Shown piece by piece: positions 51,284 through 63,500 of a stretch of 64,000 bases of DNA. Position 1 is the first letter of the stretch. Each line of letters starts with the position of its first letter. This stretch comes from Phaeosaccion multiseriatum (taxonomy: Eukaryota; Protista; Ochrophyta, other classes). The notes under the pieces are model-generated. The model was not told where the DNA came from. It worked only from the letters and a program-made list of their open reading frames with translations, and did not search any database. The stretch spans positions 620,001 through 684,000 of the forward strand of contig OZ218951.1 in assembly GCA_965112735.1 (NCBI GenBank), written 5' to 3'. Position numbers and translations under genes: made by a program.

Positions 51284-54253
51284 ATGAAATTGAAACTGGG
51301 CCGGGCGATCGATATACTCGATACTCGCCGGATCATCAACATGGAGGAGAGCGACGACAGCTCTGAAGATGGGGGCTGGACTGGGCACTTGACTCTATCG
51401 CGACTCGCCTCTGGAAGCTTTGCGGGTTTGTCCGGCAGCGGCAGTGGGAAAAGAAGGGACGATGATGGGTCGATTGAGAACGAGCACGAGGACGAGCTCG
51501 TTCTCCCCTACTCCGATACCAGCAGCTTGATCCCTGGAGGAGAGGACGAGAGGGTTGAGAGGGAGCTGGAGGAGAGAGGGGGGGGTGTATTTAGGGTGGA
51601 TGGCGAGGGGGGTGGAGAAGAGGGGCATCGCGAGAAGGTGGGCCGGGAGGGCAGGGCCAACGGAAGGGAGCAGGAGGATATAAGGAGGAGCAGTGACGAG
51701 AAGAACAAACGGGATGCTTCTCTTGATCCAAGCAACGATAAGATGGGTGGTGGTGGCGGCACCAGTGGGAGCACTAGCCAAGAGAGCGAGAGCAGCTGGG
51801 GAAAGGGGGAGGAGGCCCCAAGCACTCACCCCGACAGCAGGAGCAGAAGCAGGAGCAGGAGCTGGAGCTATGAAGTGCATGACGGCAGCAAGGTGGTAGC
51901 TCCATCTAGCGAGCTCGAGCGTTACGTGAACAGCGGTCGCCGTGAGGAGGCTACGGATGTACAGTCTCTGCCAGAGAGTACCACAGGCAGCAAGGAGGAG
52001 GGTGATGAGGCCAAGATGGTGAATGAGGGAAGCAAGGGGAAGGAGGTGAACGAGGAGGAGGCGGGGGAGGAAGAAGAGGATGAAGGCAGGAAGGACGACG
52101 ACGACGACGAGGAGGAGGAGGAGGAGGAGGGGGGGGGGTGAGGGGTGCTGCCAACGCCATACTCGCCAAGAGAGACGTGCAGGGCACCCCCCTGGAGAGG
52201 GTGCTGCGGCGAAGGGTGGATGCTCTGGAGCACCTCGTAAAGCAACAGAACGACCTCGTGGAGGGCAGGACGAGGGAGCTGCAGCTGCTGGCGGACGAAA
52301 CAGCGAGTCTGAGACCCCAAGTAGAGGAGGCAAAGAGGCTGGCGACGGAGTTGCGGGGGGTGGAGAAGGAGAAGGCCGCCATGAAGGAGAGGATTGAGGT
52401 TTTACAGGTGCGTGTGTGCATGGCGTGGTAGGCTCGACTTGGCGCCCTTGCTTGTATCTTTTGCTACACACGGCTGATTTGCTTCACAGGCTCTTGCTCT
52501 TCCATCTTCCCTTACTTACTTCTTTGCTTACACCCTCCCTTACTTGTTTCCTCCCTTCCTTCCTTCCTTCCTTCCTTCCCTCACTCCCTCCCTTCCATCT
52601 GTAGCGGGAAGTGGGACGGAGAGACAGCGCGGTCAAGTGCCTGGCGCTGACCTCCGACGGCGTCAGGACGACTTCTTACGGTCACCGAAGGGGGGGCTCA
52701 GGAGGGCGTGGGACGAGAAGGAGAAGGCGCCAAAGCAGTCTAACTCTGGAGGACGAGAACGATGGGGGGGGCAGAGGCAGCGACCACGGGGATGTGGAGT
52801 GGAGATCTACCGATAGCAGCAGCAGCGGTGGTGCTTATGGCGACAGACATGGAGACGGCGAGAGTGGGTCCAAGGGGGGGAGGAGACGGCCGGGCAGGAG
52901 GCGAAGACGCTCGGGTGGCGGTATTATTGCTCTTGGCGGCGTGCCCATGCAAGGGGCGTCTGAGGTGAGGGCTGTTGAGGAAAAGGAATATGGGTTTGAT
53001 GTGCGTGGTGCTGTATCACATGACAACACAATGGAGGGGCTGAGAGGGGCCAACGCGCTGTTGCTGGCGCGACTCGCCTTCCAAGAGAAGGCAATGGATA
53101 CGCTGGCGAGAGAGCTCCATGCCGCCAAGCAGCAGCAGAGGCACCAAGGACAAGGACCCGCCCTTCTCGGTGGGGGAGGGGCGACTGCTGCCTCTGGAGC
53201 AGGGGGGGGGGGGGGGGGAGGAAAGGGAGGAGGAGGAGGAGGAGGAGGAGGAGGAGGAGGAGGAGGAGGAGGAGGAGGAGGAGGAGTGGAAGAAGGAGGG
53301 GGGCTGGTTGTACGTAGAGAGGGAGAGGGGGAAGGGAGGGCAGTGACGGGGGTGGCGGAGAGCAGGGAAGGTGACGATGGTGATGGTGTTTTGCAGGATA
53401 GGAGCGGGCATAATGTGAATGCCAGTCATGATCATGATAGCGACGATGGCGCTGGCGGGGACGGAGAGGAGGTCTCTCGCACACTGGAGCGTTTGCAAGA
53501 GCAGCTGAGCGGTGCGCGCGAGAGGGAGAGAAGCACCTTCTTGCTGCTGGAGGAGGAGAGGAAACGCGCCAGGCAGACAGTGGAGACGCAGACGACACTG
53601 CTCGCAGAGGAGCGGCGGCAGAGGGTGGCGCTGGAGAGAGAGCTCACGCAGACCATTCGTGAGCAGCGCCTGGCGGTGAGTGGGTGCACAAGGGACTAGG
53701 GACAGGGGGCGAAGAGGCGGAGAGGTGTACGATGGGGCCTGCTTACGTGACCTTACGTGACCTTATCAGGCCTTATCGTAACTACCTAGAGGCTGATTGT
53801 TGACTTGGTTTGACGTCTTGCTTCGTCACCCCCGCCCCCCTCCACCCCCATTGCCGTGCGTCCCGTCCTCTGCTCCCCCCCCCCTCCCTCCCTCCCTCCT
53901 TCCCTCCCCCCCTCCCCCATGCTCCGGTGCATCCCATGAAGATCCGCGGCGAGCGACAGATGGGAGAGCTCGAGGGCAAGCAACTGCGTGCTCAGCTCAG
54001 CGCGGCCATTGAGGTACGGAACTGCCAGGCTAGTCCTGCGGGCTGGTGCTGGTGCTGGTGCTAGTGCTTGGGTATCCACATGTTTAGCTAAGACTGCTTG
54101 GCGGAGCTGCTTGGCGGAGCTGCTTTGAGCAGCGCAACAAGTGTTTGTTGTTGGTGCAAGACGCCTCGCTCATGCACAACCGTGACGCCTCGCTCATGCA
54201 CAACCGGCACAATTGTCGTGCTCGTACCGTCGAAGGAGAAGTGCCCGTCGCTC

Positions 54254-54291
<38 letters not shown>

Positions 54292-54722
54292 CTATCTCTC
54301 TCCCTTTCTCTTGTTTGCCACGCTCCCTCCCTACTTTCCTCACCTCACGCACTCGTACTCCCCCCCCCTTCTCACAGTTGGCAGAGAAAAAGAACTCGGA
54401 GGCGTCATCTCTAGCGCAGCGCCTCAACACCGCCGAGCAGAGGCTCGCAGCGGCCGAGGCTGCTGCTCGCACTGCCGCAGAGGAAAGAGGTGGGGTAGAG
54501 GCATATGGGCAGAAGAAGCGGCAGCAGCGGCGGCACAGTGAGGGCGCGGTGGAGACATTAGAGGCGGTGGTGGCGTCGCAGCAGACAGAGCTCGAGCTGC
54601 TGAGGGGGAGGGAGAGGCGGGAGCGGCTCAAGGTTGCAGGGGAGGGCCGCGTGGGGCCGCAGCAACTGCAGCAGTTGGTCATACAGCAGGAAGAGCAGCA
54701 GCAGGAGCAGCAACGAGAACAG

Positions 54723-54772
<50 letters not shown>

Positions 54773-54774
54773 GC

Positions 54775-54850
<76 letters not shown>

Positions 54851-54876
54851 GCAACAACAACAACAACAGCAACAGC

Positions 54877-54960
<84 letters not shown>

Positions 54961-55012
54961 GACAGCAGCAGCAGCAGCAGCAGAACCAGGAAGAGCGAAA
55001 ACAGCAGCAGCC

Positions 55013-55055
<43 letters not shown>

Positions 55056-57413
55056 GAGGAGGAGGTGGAGGAGGAGGAGGAGGGGAAGTGGCAGGGGGAG
55101 GGCGACGACGACTTCAAGATAGTGGAGCGGCGCAGCTCCGGAGGCGGTCGGTCAGAAGGCAGGGGCGAGCGAGAGCAGCGGGAGAGGTGCAAGGTATGCG
55201 AGTGAAGGGTGCGGGAGGGGCAGGAAGCTTTTTTTTTATGGGGCAGTAAGGCTTATACACCCTCCCTCCCTCGCTCTCCGTCTCTTCTCTCTCTCCTCTC
55301 TCCCCCCCCCTCTCTCTTCCTCTCTCTCCCTCCCCCCCCCCCCTCTCTCCCTCTCCCTCTCTCGCTCTCCCTCTCTTCTCTTTCTCTGCTCTCTCTCCCC
55401 TCTCTCACCCCCCCCCTCTCTTTATCTCTCTTTCTCTCTTTCTCTCTCTCCCCCTCTCTCTCTTTCTCTCTCCCTCTCTTTCTCTCTCCCCTCTCTCTCT
55501 TTCTCTCTTCCTCTCTTTCTCTCTCTCGTTCTCTCTCCCTCTCTTTCTCCCTCTCTTTCTCTCTCTCGTTCTCTCTCCCTCTCTTTCTCTCTCTCGTTCT
55601 CTCTCCCTCTCTTTCTCCCTCTCGTTCTCTCTCCCTCTCTTTCTCCCTTTCGTTCTCTTCCTCGTTCTCTCTCCCTCTCTTTCTCTCTCTCTTTCTCTCC
55701 CTCGCTCTCTCTCCCTCTCTTTCTCCCTCTCTCTCTCTTTCTCTCTCCCTCTTTCTCTCCCTCGCTCTCTCTCCCTCTCTTTTTCCCTCTCTCTTTCTCT
55801 CTCCCTCTCTTTCTCTCTCTCTCTCCCTCTTTCTCTCTTCCTCTCTCTCTGTCTTGTTCATCATGCGACACAGGGCTTCGCGCGTCTGAACCGCCTGCTG
55901 GAGGCCAACCTTCTTAAGGTAAAGCAAGACCTCGTGGGGGAGACCGCCCTCAGAGAGGCGGCAGAGAGGAGGCTTGAGGCGGTGCTGGCCGTGCATGAGA
56001 GGCAAGTCAAGAGGAAAGTGAGGCGCCGGGGGGAGGGTGGAAAGGGGCAGGAGCCTCGCGTGGGGGAGGCGAAGGGGCAGGAGGAGGGGAAGGACCGCCT
56101 GGGGGGAAAGGAGGAGGATGAGGGGGAGGGTATGGCAGTGGATGAGGAGATTCGGGATGGACATGCACGCCAGCTTGAGCTGCTCATCAGGCAGCAGGAG
56201 GAGAGCGAGGCAGTGGCGAAGCACGGCCAGCAGCAGCACCAGCAGCACAAGCAGTTGGTGATACAACAACAGCGGTGGAGACCGGTAGGCAGAGGCGGAT
56301 ACCGCTCTCTTGAGCAGCCCCCTCCGCCCGCCACCAGCCCCTTTGGCTCAACAGGCAAGTTGGTGGTACAGCGCCTCCGCGCGAGGCTGAAGGACAGCGC
56401 AGATGTGCGCAGGAGGGCGGTGGAGGAGGTGGAGGCCCTCACCCTCAAGTGCGCCACCTTGCAGCACCAGGTAAGGCAGGGAGGGAGGGGAGGAAGTGGA
56501 GGGTGGGTGGGTGGGTGGGGGGGAGGGAGGGAGGGAGGGAGGGTGGGTGGGAGGGAGGGAGGGATAGAGACAGGAATAGCGGATGAATCAAAGGCTGGGC
56601 TCCTCTCGTTTCTCATTCTGTGCCCCCCCCCTGTCCTGCCCCCTCCCTGCCTTCCCCATGATCCTCTAAAATCACCTCCCACCCTCAGTTGGCCTGCACG
56701 GAGCGGGAGAGGGACTCTCTCGCGGAGGACATGCGGCAGGAGGGCGTTGCAGCAGCAGAAGAGGGTGACAAAGCGGGAGGAGGAGGAGGAGGAGGAGGAG
56801 GAGGAGACCATGATCGGAACCCGCAGTGCTGGAGCCTTGGGGGGCATGAGAGCCTTCTGGCGGATGAGAGCGGTTCATTACCGCCACAACCAGCGGAAGG
56901 AGGCGCTGCACTGCATGGGCCCAGGGCAGCAGCAGCACCAGCAGCCCGACCAAGAGGAGGAAGAGGAGGAAGAGGAGGGGGAGGGGAGTCTTGGGGTCAG
57001 CAACTTGCCTCGAGCGCAGCAGGTAAGGTTTCTCGTGTTTTGTTGGTGGGTATTGTGGGGTGCTCTGCCCTTGCCGTCCCTTTCTCCTCTCTCTCCCTTT
57101 CTGGTCTCTCCCTTTCCGTTCCTCTTTCTCCCATCCCCCTCTCTATCGCTTTGTCGTTTCCCACCGTTCTCTCTCTCGCTCGCTCCACTCGCCCCCCCCA
57201 CCCCGCCTCCCCCACTCTCTCCCTCACTCACTCATTCACTCACCCCCTCTCTCTCTGTCGCTCCCTCTCTCCCTCCCTCATCTCCGCGCCCCCACTGCAC
57301 GCCACCCCCTCCTCTCGCGAGTAGCCAACACCAGAGGACACTGTCATGCCCAGCAGCAGGCCACCCGGCCCACCTCTCCGCTCTCGACGGGGAGAATGGC
57401 GTATGGTACTTGA
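51284..57413 (+). CDS. Large acidic / coiled-coil protein with polyG and polyQ tracts; apparent 1-nt frameshift in exon 1
   Basis: Exons ~51284-52407, 52605-53675, 53942-54013, 54378-55193, 55874-56470, 56689-57022, 57325-57413 join in frame; heptad-rich segments. One extra G is needed in the run at 52129-52138. Confidence 0.65.
54720..55053 (+). repeat. Coding (CAA/CAG)n polyglutamine tract
   Basis: About 75 consecutive Gln codons, mostly CAA, followed by shorter CAG runs, inside an in-frame exon. Confidence 0.9.
55260..55850. repeat. CT-rich low-complexity intronic tract
   Basis: ~600 bp almost pure pyrimidine on the + strand; a similar tract lies at 32630-32915 in the PP2C intron. Confidence 0.9.
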
Positions 57414-57460
57414 CGTGTCACTGGAAGCTCTTTTAATTTTAAAAATTAATTTTTTAAAAA

Positions 57461-57630
57461 TCGATTTGCGTAAGAATCGCCCAAACGCCCGTTGTTAAAA
57501 CACCATTGACTCGATGTCGGTAGGCATCTCCCAGAGCTACAAGCTATAGCGCTTCTCCCAGCGTCATTTTGGGGAGTTCGTGCGAAGAATTTATTGGGGG
57601 CGATTTGGGCGTTTCTTTTACGCAAATCGA
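57461..57630. mobile_element. Candidate MITE / foldback element, 170 bp
   Basis: Left end tcgatttgcgtaagaatcgcccaaacgccc; reverse complement of right end tcgatttgcgtaaaagaaacgcccaaatcgccc. Non-coding and AT-richer than the genes; no clear target-site duplication. Confidence 0.5.
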
Positions 57631-57896
57631 GTGCTAAGAAGAAATCCTTTCTCTGGCGCTACAATGGACGACAAACGATAAGATAGACAGTTATGTCGAC
57701 TATGTAGACTAAACCAGGGGAAGGGGAAATACAAGGATAGGGTGAACAGTGAACAGGGGGGGGCCGAGAGGTCGGATATAGTTGAAATTGGAACTGAAAC
57801 TGCCTCGGGGAAACTGCAAAACCACATGAGGATCACGAGGCCCCCGCACCCACACACTATCCCGCCAAGTATTGGTTTCACTCCCTCTGTGCTGCG

Positions 57897-59774
57897 ATGA
57901 GGTCTACTTTGGTGGTGCTTCTCCTGCTTGGCATCAGTAGCTCTCTCGCTGACCCTGATGTGCGTGCATATCTTGCGCTGTATCCTTCTTCTTTTCTTTT
58001 TTCTTTTTTCCGTGTTCGGTTTTGACCTACTCTGGTTCCTTCCGCAGGTGGCTTCAGTGGACTGCTCTGCTCGATGCCAGGAATTGAATGCTGCTGAGCC
58101 GTGCTTCGAAGACGCATCATGTGTGAATGGAGGTAGCTACTCCTTCCTAGATAAACCTTTACTCCTGCCTGTCCGTCCCGCCCGCGGTCGCCTCGCTCCA
58201 TCTCCCGACCTCTACCCGCTCATCCTACTACCACGAAGTGACCACCTGCTGACCGTCCGACTCCGCGACTTGGCTGCCTAGTACTACTACTTGCTCGCAA
58301 TCCTGAGGCCTGCCTCGGCCGCTCCCCTCCCTCCTCGCCTCCTTTCGTCCCTCGGCCGCTCTCGCTCTCTCCTCCTCCTCTCTCTCCTGCCTGCTGTTCC
58401 TCTCCACATGCGCCAACAGGACTTGGGTGCAATGCCGCAGGACTCGCAGAAGAGTGCAGATTCTGTGGCTTCAGCATCTTTGATTCTTGCCCAGCAGCAG
58501 ACTCATCTTCATCTCCCGTACCGCAAGACCTCGAGGACGAAGACTCGGCCGCGTCCACCATAGTACCCACGACAAGCTCTCCAAGCAGCGTAGGAGGGGG
58601 GGCGAGCTGCTCTTCCCTGTGTCAGGAGGCCAACGCGGCTGAGCCTTGCGTCACTGATCCTTCGTGCAGCTCCAACGGTGGTGCGTGGCCTAGGCAGGCA
58701 GCCAGTGACTAGTACTATGGCTGGCGGCGGGCGGGGGGAGGGAGTTACGGGCGGCCGGGCCCGCCAGCCAGAGATGGCCCCCCTGCCTGACCTCGCTTGG
58801 CTGTTGGCTGGCTTGCTACTCCTCTCACTTATATGATCCTCACACATCCATCCATCCATCTATCAGGCAATCAGTCACCTTCCACGGTGGAGTAAGTATA
58901 CTGACGTCGCTCATGCCCCCCCCCCCCCTCCCTCTGCCCCTCTTCCCCTCTGCCCCGATGGCTGCTCTCTGGCTGCCAACCAACACCCTCAACGCCCACA
59001 GGTCTTGGCTGCAATGCCGCAGGTCTGGGGCAGGACTGCAGATTCTGCGGCTTCGGCCCCTTTGCTGCTTGTGCGGACAAGTGCGGTCTGGCGTACGAAC
59101 CGACACAAGTGACGCCCTCCCGCCCCTTCGGTGTGGAGGTGGTACCCACGGAATGCGTTTGCCGCGTCGCTGAGGATGGAATCACATACGAGACACGCGA
59201 CCGAGCCCAGGATACCGACAAGATCCTCAACTGTGGTAACTGTGGGCAGTGCTCCAACTGCGCCGACGTGGAGATTTTTGCCGCCAGGAGCGACATCTTT
59301 GACTTTCCGTGTGCGGTCGTCTACATCGGGACCAAACTCCAGACCCTCGCGGAGAACGGAGGCGACGTCGAAGGGGCCCTCCAAGCTGGCCTCGCGGCGG
59401 CGGACGCCTGCATGGCTGAAGTCGTGGACTTTACATCGGACTGCCGTGCCTGCTGGACCGAGGCGGTCTCCTGCACACCCGAGGTTTGTGTAACCGTAGA
59501 TCCAACAACGGGTGCTTTCGGTGGCCCCTGCGGTGAGGTGGCTCGCCTCGCCCTCACCGGCGAGCCTCTACCCCAGGAAGACCCGGCCTTTCAGCTTGAG
59601 TTTGCGCAGTGTCTCGCCTGCGATGCCCAGCTGTGCGAGCCGACCTTCGCTCAGTGCTCAGGGGCAAGTCGCCGCCGCCTCGGTAGGGTGGCACCAGACC
59701 TTCAGGAGGTGTCCACTCTCCTGGGGCAGCCGGTGTGCGAACGCGCCTTTGCCGACAATGTTTGCAACGTCTGA
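57897..59774 (+). CDS. Secreted Cys-rich protein: two DxSC-GLGCN-CRFCGF modules + C-terminal Cys-rich domain
   Basis: Signal peptide MRSTLVVLLLLGISSSLA; exons ~57897-57959, 58048-58131, 58420-58680, 59002-59774 in frame. Confidence 0.82.
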
Positions 59775-60576
59775 GCGATTAGCTATGTGCCGAGCGATGA
59801 CTGTGCGAATACTTTGCGACTTTATTCACCTCGGTCATCGGAGGGCACTCGAGGCTGAGAATGGAGGGTCAGGAGGAGGAAGTTCGATTCTGTGTGGAGA
59901 GAGAAGCAGCAGCAACAGGAGCAGGGTCGATTTTCACCTCGACGTTCGAGTTATCGAGGTCGATTTTCAGCGAAAGTCAACCTTAAATCAACCTCGACAT
60001 TGTCTAGATCCCCCTCAAGCCGAGGCGGCCCCCAGACTTGTCCCAATTATTATTTTCTTTTATTTTATTTATTCTATTGTTATCGATCTGTGATCCATCC
60101 AGTCCACCTCTCTCCCTCGCTCCCCGGTCCTCTCTTTCCTTCAGCTTGTGAGCCACAACCTAACTCCACACATCTCCAGCCAACTTCGCTTTCTCTGGCC
60201 GTGGAGCTTGAGCGCGTCACAACCGAACCCTCCCTCCCCCCTCCTCTATCAGGCTCTAATATTGCTCTCGTGGTACTCTCTCGCTGTGCTGGCGTGCTGG
60301 CCACCACACACTCGAAAGGGCGCTCCAAAATGAAACCGACACTGAACCCAAACCCCCTCAAATGATACCCCTCACCAACAACGTTCGAAAATGTCTGCGG
60401 AAATATTCAAATCAATTTTCACTGCTCAATATCGGGGCACGGCCCATGTCTCAGTGGTCCTCAGTTCGCAAAGCTTGAAGCCCGAAGACTACGCCAACTT
60501 CATCCTAACTCATCCCACGCCACCAATCACTAAGTAGAGTTGTAGCGTCAAAGCCACAACACTCGTGAGGATAACC

Positions 60577-63500
60577 ATGCACACCGCCACCGTCGCTGCC
60601 CTCTTGGGATTGATCGGCTCCGCCGCCGCGCAGGACTGCTGCGGGACACCCACCGCGATCCAGGCGGCGTATCTTGTTGATACCTGCAAGGCCCTGGTGT
60701 GCAACGAAGCGTGCTCCACCGAGTCCCTGGAGGGATGCGGCGCCTGGGGCCTGGGCGACAACTGCCAGTTCGCGTACACCGGCTGCACTGAGGAGCCAAC
60801 GGCCGCGCCCACATCTCCTCCCACCGTGGCCCCTACGGCACCTCCCACCGCCCCCCCCACGGAGCCCGCTTGCTGCGGCCCCACCAATGCCGCTCAGGAT
60901 GAGTACCTGGCTACATGTGAGTAACTCGCTGGGCTGTGTGTTATTTGTTGGCCGGTGCAGTGGCACAAACGTATCTTTCCTCCTTCACAGACCTTACCGG
61001 TGATGAGGGATGCATCTTCCGCCTTTAAAATATAGGGGCGGGCTTGCGGCGGAGCTCAGGCCTCGCCCCGATGACACACTCTACCCACTCTCTGCCGCCC
61101 TTGTTGGTTCTTAACGGTTGCTGCCGATGCACTTCTTTTCCTCCCCTTTCCCACTTGAACTGAACACTTGAACCTGACCGCAGCCGGCAAGACCATCTCT
61201 TGCGACACCGCCTGCTCTATCGAGAGCCTTTATGGCTGCGGAATCTGGGGCCTTGGCGTCAACTGCAGGTGAGACGGGGATTCCCACTCCCTTGCGTGCC
61301 TTTGGGGTAAGCATATCTTTCCGTCCCTCACCACCTCACCACCTGTCCCGCTCTGCATCGTATCCTCTCAGGCTGAGCGGAGCGCCCGCGGCCGATACCC
61401 CCGAGGAGACCGAGGCCCCCGCCGATGACTCTTGCTGCACCGGCACCCCCACCGAGGAGCAGGCCAACTGTAAGTCACGGATGTATGTGTGGCAGCACTT
61501 TTGTTCCTGCCCTCCTCGCCTCACCTCACCCCTCCTGCTGCTGCTGCTGGTGCTGCTCGCTCCAGACCTTACCTCCACCGGAAAGGCCATCGAGTGTGAC
61601 CCCTCGTGCGCCGAAGGCTCCGGCGTTGGATGCAACATCTGGGGCATGGGAGAGTCCTGCAGGTGAGGGAGAATGAATGCCTGGAGCATGTGTCGTAGTG
61701 GCGAGTCTATCCAAAGTCGAGGAGCGATACATTGATGTAAGCTCACCACCCAACCCATCCTCATCCTTCCTGCCCCCCTCCCTCCCCTCCCAGGCTGTGC
61801 TACCTGTCGTCCTACCACTCGGAGGTCGGGCTGAACTACTGCATGGGCGAGATGACCCCCGACGAGCCTACTGTCACAGAGGCTCCCGCCTCTGAGGACC
61901 CCCCTGCCGACGACGCCGCCTGCTGCGGTGCCGGTGCCTCTGCCGCCCAGGAGGAAGGTGCGTCGTTGTTGTTGTTCTTTTTCTTTTGTTGTGGTATACA
62001 TATAAAAAGGTGCACTGTATTTTTTTTTTTTGCACGCCTCCCTCTGGTACTTCTCTCCATGTCCATTGTGTACACTTGAGTGGTATTACCATCCCCTTTA
62101 CTCACCCTTCGCCCCCGCCCCCCCCTCCCTTCTCCCCCGCTCCTCCCTCCCTGCAGCCCTGGCCCTGGCCTGCAAGACGCTCGTGTGCAACCCCGCCTGC
62201 GCCACCAACTCCCTCGAGGGATGCAACGCCTTCGGCCTCGGAACCACTTGCCAGTTCTCCTACGCCAGCGAGGACTGCGACGTTGAAGAGGACGCCCCCA
62301 CCCCGGAGCCCGCGTGCTGTGCCGAGCCCAACGCCGAGCAGGCCGCCTGTAAGTGAAGGAAGGGAAGCATATGGGAGATGCAGAGAGAGTGCCCCTTGCC
62401 GGTTGGGATGGTACGCCTTTTGGCGTTGAATGGGTGGGTGGGTGGGGTGCTCAAGTCATCTTGCACACACACATACTCCCCTCTGTTGTCGTGGCTCCAC
62501 CCGTGTATGTACTGTGTACTGACACATCTTGTCACCCCGTGCACCCACCCTTCCCCCTCTTGCCTCCTACAGACATGGCCGCCCAGTGCAAGCCCCTCAT
62601 CTGCAACCCCGCGTGTCTCACCGGCTCCTACAAAGGGTGTGGCTGGGGCGGACTCGGAGCCAGCTGCCAGCTCGGCGACAGCAACTGCGATGTTGAAGAG
62701 GACACCGTCCCCGCCACCGATGCACCCACTCCTCCCCCCACTTCGCCCCCCACGGTGGGTCAAGTGCTTGCAGTTGAAACGCTCTCCTCCGTCGGTTGAC
62801 ACGCTCATCTTCTCCACCCCCCCTCCTGTCTTGTCTCCAGGCCGCCCCGACGGCCCCGCCCACCACCCCCTGCTGCGGGGAGGTCTCCGACGAGCAGTTC
62901 GCATGTACGTCTGTCTGGTGGACTGGTTTGGTTGGTTGGTTTGGTTGCGATGGGTCTGTTTGTTTCTCTCATCTCTTCTTTCTGCTTTTGGAGACTACGT
63001 TTGTCTCTGTGGTCCTGGGCTTGGCATCAATCACACGCAGTACAGACCACCCCGCCCCTTCCTCATGTACTTCCATCGTTCTCACTTCTCTCGCCTTTCC
63101 CCCCCTTTCTCTCTCCTCTCTACTTCCCGCCCCTGTCACCCTCCTCTTGCCCCCCTTATCTCCTCTCTCTCCACTCTCCTTCTTCTTCCCGCCCCTACCT
63201 CTGCCGCCACTTAGGGCTCGCCTCCCAGTGCAAGACCGTGAGCTGCAACCCCGCGTGTCTCACCGGCTCCCTTAAGGGCTGCGGATGGGGAGGACTGGGA
63301 GAGTCTTGCCAACTCTCTGAGGGCGATTGCTCCGGACCAGGTGGAGAAGACACTGTCGCACCTACAGAGGCGGTCACTGATGCACCCACCGTGAGTCCCG
63401 AAGGCCATTCTCCGGAATCTTGTTGAGGATTTTGTCTGTCGACCGGACTCGTCTTTTTTTTTTTACTTTTAGTGTTGCTCACTTTCCTCTTCTCCTCTTT

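Noticed and set aside
55209-56269. ER/SL-rich ORFs on both strands
   Set aside because: Translations of the intronic CT tract and antisense of a coding exon.
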